From Anaerolineales bacterium (GTDB taxonomy: Bacteria > Chloroflexota > Anaerolineae > Anaerolineales > E44-bin32), in assembly GCA_041554155.1 (NCBI GenBank), contig JBFFMI010000001.1, positions 1-62,622 of the forward strand: a stretch of DNA of 62,622 nucleotides, read 5' to 3'. Position numbers and translations under genes: made by a program. Below, piece after piece: positions 56,305-62,622 of the stretch. The notes beneath the pieces are model-generated. The model was given only the letters and a program-made list of their open reading frames with translations, was not told where the DNA came from and did not search any database. Within the stretch, counting starts at the first letter, position 1. Each line of letters begins with the position of its first letter.

Positions 56305-57192
56305 ATGAACCGGATCGAATGCTCGCCATTTCGCAATGAGGAAGGTCAAATTGGCCTGGAACAGCGCTTGCGGGGCACACTTCAGAATGGACTTGCCTGG
56401 TATGGCGAAATGCAGGCGATTGACACCGCCTTCCATCAACTTGAAAAATCTCTGGGTGACGAACATACAGCCTTGACAAGTGCACCCATTCCCGGGACTG
56501 GCATCATTGTCCCTTTGATGCTCCTTAGTCCACAGGGGGTACGTACCTTCCTGACGACCGCCACACAGGGTGTCTTTCGCGCCAAAGGTGATGAGTGGTT
56601 GAAGTTTGGTGGAGGCACCGCGCGTAGATTCACTGAAGCCAAACCGAATTTACAGTTGAAGGGCTTCGAGATGGCTCAAGCCACGCTCAACTACCTGCGC
56701 AGTGTGGGCTTTGGCCTCCCCGAGGTTGAAGCTGTGTTGATTTTTACCAACCCGCGCACTCATGTCGAGACCTCCAACGCGACCACCCGCATTGTGCTCG
56801 CTGATGCAATTGAACGATTTGCCTCAAATATCCTTCAGTTTCAAGCCATCATGGACCGGGAAGATATCCGTGATCTTGTCAGAGCTATCACTACCCCGGA
56901 GGAGTTCAGGGCCGAATCCGAGCCTGCCCCTGCTCCTGAACCACAGCCGGCGACACCCCGCGCCTCCAGCCCGATCGATCTTCCCGAACCTTCACGTGTC
57001 GACTCAGAAGCCTTGATTCAGGGGGAAGCGGCGGCTCTATCACCGCGACAACAGCGATCCTTGAGCGGAATCCGACAAAAACGCTTTCCCTTCTCGCGCC
57101 GACAGTGGATCCTGTTGGGCGTGATGGCCCTTCTTGACATTCTTGTGATCGGTATCTTTGCCATTCTGGTGCTATCAGATTCGGTATACTAG
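56305..57192 (+). CDS. Hypothetical C-terminally anchored membrane protein, possibly with a NERD-like N-terminal domain
   Basis: IVPLMLLSPQGVRTFLTT..GVFRAKGDEW..AVLIFTNP resembles the NERD pattern. Pro-rich linker. C-terminal TM. The start is uncertain (56197 or 56305). Confidence 0.35.
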   Translation: MNRIECSPFRNEEGQIGLEQRLRGTLQNGLAWYGEMQAIDTAFHQLEKSLGDEHTALTSAPIPGTGIIVPLMLLSPQGVRTFLTTATQGVFRAKGDEWLKFGGGTARRFTEAKPNLQLKGFEMAQATLNYLRSVGFGLPEVEAVLIFTNPRTHVETSNATTRIVLADAIERFASNILQFQAIMDREDIRDLVRAITTPEEFRAESEPAPAPEPQPATPRASSPIDLPEPSRVDSEALIQGEAAALSPRQQRSLSGIRQKRFPFSRRQWILLGVMALLDILVIGIFAILVLSDSVY

Positions 57193-57217
57193 AGGCACTT
57201 GAATCGCGGAGCTTCCT

Positions 57218-57943
57218 TTGCCACCGCTGTTATCTGTCATCATCCCAGCACATAACGAAGAGACCCGTTTGCCAGCCAGCCTAGAGAAGGTGCTGGCATT
57301 TCTGCGTTCCCAGGATTATCCATCCGAGGTTGTAATTGTCGAAAACGGGAGCAGCGATGCTACTGCCGAGATCGCACGTATTGCTGCTGAGAAAAACACA
57401 AACGTCAGGTGGCTCAGCGAATCCGAAGCGGGCAAAGGCCTGGCCGTTCGCAGCGGGATGCTGGCCGCCGAGGGAGAATACCGTTTTATCTGTGATGCTG
57501 ACCTTTCGATGCCGATTGAGGAAGTTAACCGCTTTCTTCCACCCCAACACGAGCCTTACGATGTTGCCATAGCTTCTCGCGAAATCCCGGGTGCCGTTCG
57601 CTACGGAGAACCGGCTTACCGCCATTGGATTGGGCGAGTGTTCAACTGGCTCGTGAGGGTCATCACCCTGCCCGGCCTGCAGGATACACAGTGCGGTTTT
57701 AAATGCTTCCGGGCGGATGTGGCAGAAGATTTGTTTTCCGACCAAACCATTCATGGCTGGACCTTCGATGTTGAAATTCTGTTCCTGGCCATGCGACGGG
57801 GTTATCACATTATCGAAATCCCCATTCCCTGGTATTACAATCCCGGCAGTCGAGTGCGCATCCTGCGCGATTCAATCCACATGCTAACGGATCTATTCCG
57901 TATCCGGCTAAACGCCTGGCGCGGCAACTATGATGGTGGGTAA
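57218..57943 (+). CDS. Family 2 glycosyltransferase (polyprenyl-phosphate glycosyltransferase-like)
   Basis: LSVIIPAHNEE, VENGSSD and CDADLS (DxD). TTG start. Confidence 0.8.
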   Translation: MPPLLSVIIPAHNEETRLPASLEKVLAFLRSQDYPSEVVIVENGSSDATAEIARIAAEKNTNVRWLSESEAGKGLAVRSGMLAAEGEYRFICDADLSMPIEEVNRFLPPQHEPYDVAIASREIPGAVRYGEPAYRHWIGRVFNWLVRVITLPGLQDTQCGFKCFRADVAEDLFSDQTIHGWTFDVEILFLAMRRGYHIIEIPIPWYYNPGSRVRILRDSIHMLTDLFRIRLNAWRGNYDGG

Positions 57944-58580
57944 TCCGGAACGCCTGCCAACGACCAAACTTGAATCGGCGCTCTACGGGTTCGGCGTCCA
58001 GCATATCGCCGGGATCGACGAAGCCGGCCGTGGTGCCTGGGCTGGCCCGGTGACCGCCGCAGCCGTGGTGCTCCCACCACCAGGCCCAGATCTTGAGAAG
58101 CAACTCGACGGCCTGCACGATTCGAAGCGCTTATCCGCCTCACAGCGGGAGCATTGGGATCAACAGGTTCGGCAAGTTGCAAGGAATGTATCGATCGGCG
58201 AAGCCTCGGTGGAGGAGATTGACCAGATCGGTATCCTGCCCGCAACCCGGCTTGCAATGCAGCGCGCTGTGCAAGATCTGGGATTCGTGGCCCACCACCT
58301 GCTGATCGACTATATCTTGATCGGCGATATGGGCATCAACCAGACAGCTATTCCTCATGGTGATAGCCTGACGCTCTCGATCGCTGCCGCTTCTGTCGTC
58401 GCCAAAGTCGCGCGCGATCGATTGATGGAGGAACTCGATCGACTTTACCCCCGCTTTGGTTTTGCCAGGCACAAGGGTTATGGTACCCGTCAGCACCAAT
58501 CAGCCCTTGAGCTTTTTGGACCCTGCCCGCTGCATCGGCGTTCTTTTGCACCCACCAAACGTGCCCTGGGATTACTTTAA
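57930..58580 (+). CDS. rnhB: Ribonuclease HII
   Basis: IAGIDEAGRGAWAGPV, DSKRLS and HGDS/ASVVAK motifs. 14-nt overlap with the upstream gene. Confidence 0.9.
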   Translation: MMVGNPERLPTTKLESALYGFGVQHIAGIDEAGRGAWAGPVTAAAVVLPPPGPDLEKQLDGLHDSKRLSASQREHWDQQVRQVARNVSIGEASVEEIDQIGILPATRLAMQRAVQDLGFVAHHLLIDYILIGDMGINQTAIPHGDSLTLSIAAASVVAKVARDRLMEELDRLYPRFGFARHKGYGTRQHQSALELFGPCPLHRRSFAPTKRALGLL

Positions 58581-58697
58581 CCTTCACCGTAGCTATCGCT
58601 ACACAACCAGTATGACCCGTCGCCCCACCCATTAACCCTTTGGAGATAGTGCGCTTCGCGTTACACTTAGAGGGTAACTCATAGAGAAAGAAATCAT

Positions 58698-60845
58698 GTG
58701 AGCCTGCAATCCTTCTTTACGCCATCCGCCATCGCCGTTATCGGCGCGTCCACCAACCCGGAAAAGCTGGGCTATGCCGTGTTGGATAATCTAGTGAATG
58801 GTGGCTTTCTTACGGACGGCAGGCAGGTTTACCCGATCAATCCCAAAGCTGATGAGATCCTTGGCTTAAAAGCCTATGCTGATGTCAATCAGGTCCCCGG
58901 CGAAATCGACCTTGCCGTCATCGTTATCCCTTATCCTATTGTCCCGGATGTGTTGCGCACCTGTGGACAAAAAGGAATTCCCAGCGTGATCGTCATCAGT
59001 GCTGGCTTTCGTGAAGCCGGCATGGAGGGCCTTGAGCGTGAGGGGGAGTTGCTTCAGATCGCTAAGGAATTCGACATCCGCCTGATCGGACCCAACTGCC
59101 TTGGTGTGATCGATACCATCACACCGATGAACGCCTCTTTTTCCGCCGGAATGCCGCCCGATGGCCCAATGGACTTTATGTCTCAATCCGGTGCGCTGGG
59201 AACAGCGATTCTGGATTGGGCTCAAGCCGGTCGTCTTGGCTTGAGTAAATTTGTGTCGCTGGGGAACAAAGCCGACGTCAACGAAATTGATCTATTGGCA
59301 GCCTGGTCTGATGACCCCGGATCGCGCGTGATCCTTTCGTACATCGAGGGACTACCGGATGGCGGGCAATTCATAAGGGTAGCCCGCCAGGTATCCAAAG
59401 TAAAACCCATCGTCGCACTCAAGTCGGGTGTGACGCAGGCCGGATCGCGCGCCGTCAGCTCTCATACAGGCTCACTGGCGGGATCTGAACAAGCCTACGA
59501 AGCCGCCTTCCGCCAAGCTGGTGTGATCCGTGCCAACTCGCTGCAGGACTTATTTGACTTTGCCCTTGCCTTTGGCTATCTGCCACCGCTAATGGGAGAT
59601 CATATTGCTATAGTGACCAATGCCGGAGGCCCTGGCATCCTGGCCACCGATGCGCTGGAACGCGCCGGCCTGGCACTGGCTCGATTCGAGCCCGAGTGCA
59701 TCCGTGCCCTGGAAACATTCCTGCCGGATGCTGCCAGCGCCGCCAACCCAGTGGATTTACTTGGTGATGCACGCGCCGACCGCTATCGATTTGCCCTCGA
59801 ACGGGTAGTTGCTGATCCGGGAGTGGATGGCGTTCTCGTCATTCTTACACCCCAAGCGATGACTGAAATTGAAGCCACGGCCGAGGTGATCGCTGAGATC
59901 ACACAACAAGTTGACTTGCCCATTTTGGCCTGCTTCATGGGTGAAGCGCGCATTGAAGCAGGCACCGCAATCCTCGAGCGGGCTCGGATTCCAAATTACG
60001 GTTTCCCCGAGCGTGCCGCCCTTGTTTACAAGGCCATGAGCCAATATCGCAGCTATCAAGCTGAGCCTTTACCGGAATATGAGCACTTTGAAGTCGACCA
60101 GGAAACGGTGCGCAGTGTGATCGACACGGTCATCGCCGATGGACGCGTCACAATTGGCGATGCCGAGGCCCGCCAGATCCTTGTGGCCTACGGGTTTAAA
60201 ATCCCTGAATCGCAACTGGCAGCTTCCGCCGATGAAGCAGTTCAGATCGCATCCGAAATGGGATTTCCCGTCGTGCTCAAGGTCGCCTCGCCGGATATCT
60301 TACATAAGACCGATGTCGGTGGGGTTAAAGTTGGTTTACAAGATGCCGAGGCCGTCCGGGATGCCTTCGATTTGATCACGTATCGCTCGCAGCGCTATTT
60401 GCCCGAGGCGCGCCTGTGGGGTTGTTTGGTGCAGAAGATGGTGCCACCTGGCCTGGAAGTCTTGGTCGGGATGAACCGTGATCCTCAGTTTGGCCCACTA
60501 GTCACCTTTGGCCTGGGTGGAATTTATGTTGAGACGTTGAAAGATGTTGCTTTCCGTATCGCCCCTTTCTCGCGTCGGGAAGCCGGAGAAATGATTCAGG
60601 AGATCCGAGCCAATGCCCTGCTTGATGGTGTGCGGGGAGAAGCGCCCGCAGATAAAGAAGCGCTTACGGATGCTCTCCTGCGGATCGGGCAGCTTGTCCT
60701 TGATTTTCCTGAAATTGCTGAATTGGATATCAATCCCTTTATGCTGTATCGCAATAGCCAGGGGGGGATAGCTATCGATATGCGGCTTATCCTTGAAATC
60801 AAAGGTCCCAAAAAGACGTTAGCCCATAGCAGGAGTTCTGTATGA
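58698..60845 (+). CDS. ADP-forming acetyl-CoA synthetase family protein (fused CoA-binding/ligase + ATP-grasp)
   Basis: IAVIGAS CoA-binding N-terminus, GPNCLG, SQSGALG and a C-terminal ATP-grasp domain (FPVVLKVASPDILHKTDVGGV). GTG start. Confidence 0.8.
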   Translation: MSLQSFFTPSAIAVIGASTNPEKLGYAVLDNLVNGGFLTDGRQVYPINPKADEILGLKAYADVNQVPGEIDLAVIVIPYPIVPDVLRTCGQKGIPSVIVISAGFREAGMEGLEREGELLQIAKEFDIRLIGPNCLGVIDTITPMNASFSAGMPPDGPMDFMSQSGALGTAILDWAQAGRLGLSKFVSLGNKADVNEIDLLAAWSDDPGSRVILSYIEGLPDGGQFIRVARQVSKVKPIVALKSGVTQAGSRAVSSHTGSLAGSEQAYEAAFRQAGVIRANSLQDLFDFALAFGYLPPLMGDHIAIVTNAGGPGILATDALERAGLALARFEPECIRALETFLPDAASAANPVDLLGDARADRYRFALERVVADPGVDGVLVILTPQAMTEIEATAEVIAEITQQVDLPILACFMGEARIEAGTAILERARIPNYGFPERAALVYKAMSQYRSYQAEPLPEYEHFEVDQETVRSVIDTVIADGRVTIGDAEARQILVAYGFKIPESQLAASADEAVQIASEMGFPVVLKVASPDILHKTDVGGVKVGLQDAEAVRDAFDLITYRSQRYLPEARLWGCLVQKMVPPGLEVLVGMNRDPQFGPLVTFGLGGIYVETLKDVAFRIAPFSRREAGEMIQEIRANALLDGVRGEAPADKEALTDALLRIGQLVLDFPEIAELDINPFMLYRNSQGGIAIDMRLILEIKGPKKTLAHSRSSV

Positions 60846-61915
60846 AATCCTTATATATCACCTCCGTTGAGCCTTACTCGGGGAAGACCGCTGTTTGCCT
60901 TTCACTGGGCCGCTACCTCCAGGGCCGTGGCCTGGAGGTCGGTTACCTCAAACCAGTTAGCACGCAACCCTGGCGGACCCCATCGGGCTCGCTGGCAGAT
61001 GAAGACGCCGTATTTGTACACAGCGCACTCGGTTTAGCAGGCGATGCAGCCGATGCATCACCAATCATTGTGACCTCTTCCACATTGCGCGAGCACCTTA
61101 AAGGGGTGCACACAGATAACCTGGTAGATACGATCAAGCAAGCCGCACAACAGGCCGGTGATGGCAAAGATGTATTGCTGCTTGAAGGTGGCGCCAGCCT
61201 GCGAGAAGGCTACGCCATTGGGCTATCCAACCTGCGCGTTGCAGAAGTCCTTGCCGCACCGGCCCTCGTGGTTGTGCCCTATCGCGGCGAAATGTGCCTG
61301 GTGGACGATGTGCTCACGGCTAGATTTCGACTGGGCGAGCAGTTATTGGGCGTGATTCTCAACCGTGTGACCGAAGAGGGAAGTGATTTCATCAATGATT
61401 ACGCCATTCCCTTCCTCGAGACAAAGGGTATCCGTATCTTTGGTGCGATCCCCAGCGTACCGCGCCTATCCGCTTTGAGTGTTGGGGAGCTGATTGAGTT
61501 GTTGCAAGCTGAGGTTCTCACCGAGACGGTAGATTTGGAGGCGTTGGCCGAGACCCTTACCGTGGGCGCCATGACAGCAGATGCTGCCTTGTCTCGCTTC
61601 CGCCGTTACCAAAATAAAGCGGTTATCACTGGAGGGGATCGCACCGATATCCAACTCGCTGCGCTCGAAACTTCGACGGTGGTGATGATTCTCACCGGGA
61701 ATCTACATCCCAGCCCGCTCATCATTCAACAAGCCGAAGCCTTGAATGTCCCTATTCTTCTCGTAAATCAAAACACCATGGAAACCATCGAACTGGTGGA
61801 GCGCTCTCTCGGGAAGACCCGCCTGGGTCAGCCGGAAAAAATGGAGACCTTCCTCAATCTGATGACTGAGAATGTCCGGTTAGAAGAAATTTGCAGTGAT
61901 CTGGGGTTGTGCTAG
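60842..61915 (+). CDS. Pta N-terminal-like protein (BioD-like P-loop fold + DRTGG domain), no PTA_PTB catalytic domain
   Basis: MKSLYITSVEPYSGKTAVCLSL. The later ITGGDRTDIQLAAL resembles the DRTGG motif. ATGA overlap with the upstream gene. Confidence 0.55.
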   Translation: MKSLYITSVEPYSGKTAVCLSLGRYLQGRGLEVGYLKPVSTQPWRTPSGSLADEDAVFVHSALGLAGDAADASPIIVTSSTLREHLKGVHTDNLVDTIKQAAQQAGDGKDVLLLEGGASLREGYAIGLSNLRVAEVLAAPALVVVPYRGEMCLVDDVLTARFRLGEQLLGVILNRVTEEGSDFINDYAIPFLETKGIRIFGAIPSVPRLSALSVGELIELLQAEVLTETVDLEALAETLTVGAMTADAALSRFRRYQNKAVITGGDRTDIQLAALETSTVVMILTGNLHPSPLIIQQAEALNVPILLVNQNTMETIELVERSLGKTRLGQPEKMETFLNLMTENVRLEEICSDLGLC

Positions 61916-62622
61916 AGCAGATTTGGATCGCTATCAGACTTGTCAGGATTCAGGGGTAGCCACAGGGTGAAGGTGCTGCCTTTTTGTTCCTCACTCTCCA
62001 GGGTGATCACACCCTTGTGACGGGTGAGGATCTCTCTGCAGATCGATAAACCCAGGCCAGTTCCAGGCGTTCCCATCTTGCGGCTCGTCTCACCACGATA
62101 AAAGCGTTCGAACACCTGTTCGCGTTCCTTCTCCGGGATCCCCAGCCCGGTATCGCGCACAGCCAGTGTGACCCATTGTTGCCGATCTTTTTCCACCACG
62201 CGCGTGATCAGGGTAACCGAACCGCCGGCCGGCGTGTAATTCAGAGCATTCGTCATAAGGTTTGCGATGACCTGCGAAATCATTTGCTCATCAGCCAGCA
62301 CCGAAGGCAGATCGCTCTGGAGGCTCAGGCCCAGGGTGAGATCACGATCCCCGAATAGTCGACGGCGATCTTCAACCAGGCCACGGGCAAGGACATTGAG
62401 ATTGGATGAGACTGGATATGGGGTAGCTGTACCAGCATCCAGACGAGATATCGCCAGGAGATCTTCGATCAGGTTCACCAAACGATTTGTTTCTCTATTG
62501 AGCGTGCGCATGTAGTCATCGAATCGGTCCTTATGACCTTTTCGCAAGAGATCCAGATAGAGGCGTATATTGCTCAATGGCGTGCGCAGTTCATGCGAGA
62601 CATCCGATACGAACTGCGTCTT
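61912..62622 (-). CDS. Sensor histidine kinase, partial (N-terminus beyond the window edge)
   Basis: H-box SHELRTPLSNI lies at the window edge. N-box LMTNALNYT. G-boxes DTGLGI and GTGLGLSI. Confidence 0.85.
   Translation of the reverse strand, partial: KTQFVSDVSHELRTPLSNIRLYLDLLRKGHKDRFDDYMRTLNRETNRLVNLIEDLLAISRLDAGTATPYPVSSNLNVLARGLVEDRRRLFGDRDLTLGLSLQSDLPSVLADEQMISQVIANLMTNALNYTPAGGSVTLITRVVEKDRQQWVTLAVRDTGLGIPEKEREQVFERFYRGETSRKMGTPGTGLGLSICREILTRHKGVITLESEEQKGSTFTLWLPLNPDKSDSDPNLL

Noticed and set aside
62110-62121. A third GAAC-N4-GTTC match (GAACACCTGTTC).
   Set aside because: It lies inside the histidine-kinase CDS, where it encodes EQVFER on the minus strand. It is not in a promoter context.
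1-62622. CRISPR arrays, IS elements or transposases, integrases, phage genes, rRNA or tRNA genes, and toxin-antitoxin pairs.
   Set aside because: None was recognised on either strand. The window reads as core chromosome rather than a mobile or accessory island.

Overview
This window looks like a core chromosomal segment that includes dnaA, from a moderately GC-rich bacterium. I infer a Chloroflexota, Anaerolineae-like origin from gene content only: SpoVS, many lipoproteins with Pro/Thr-rich linkers, and Gram-positive-type LexA boxes. I call about 57 protein genes. Replication and repair genes are dnaA, radA, priA, holA, holB and rnhB. Proteostasis and stress genes are clpC, cbpA-like, htrA-like, hsp20, rhomboid, NfeD, pcm and OsmC. 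The rest include rpsA, lipB, two deoxynucleoside kinases, two-component proteins and many secreted or lipoprotein genes. I found no rRNA, tRNA, CRISPR array, transposase, integrase or prophage signature. Three observations stand out. (1) Two tandem GAAC-N4-GTTC LexA boxes sit inside a near-consensus promoter (21702-21748). That promoter drives an uncharacterised three-gene operon at 20129-21671: a soluble FtsK-like ATPase plus two small proteins. This is a candidate new SOS-controlled module. (2) An A9 slippery run lies exactly at the junction of a ChlI-like AAA+ gene and a ChlD-like VWA gene (36919-36927). A -1 shift there would rebuild a canonical full-length ChlD, in the manner of dnaX. (3) A translationally coupled kinase-nucleotidyltransferase-kinase operon lies downstream of a motif-permuted orphan DNA methyltransferase, which is itself coupled to one of three tandem secreted paralogs. 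All calls come from reading the sequence and the ORF translations by eye. No database searches were run.
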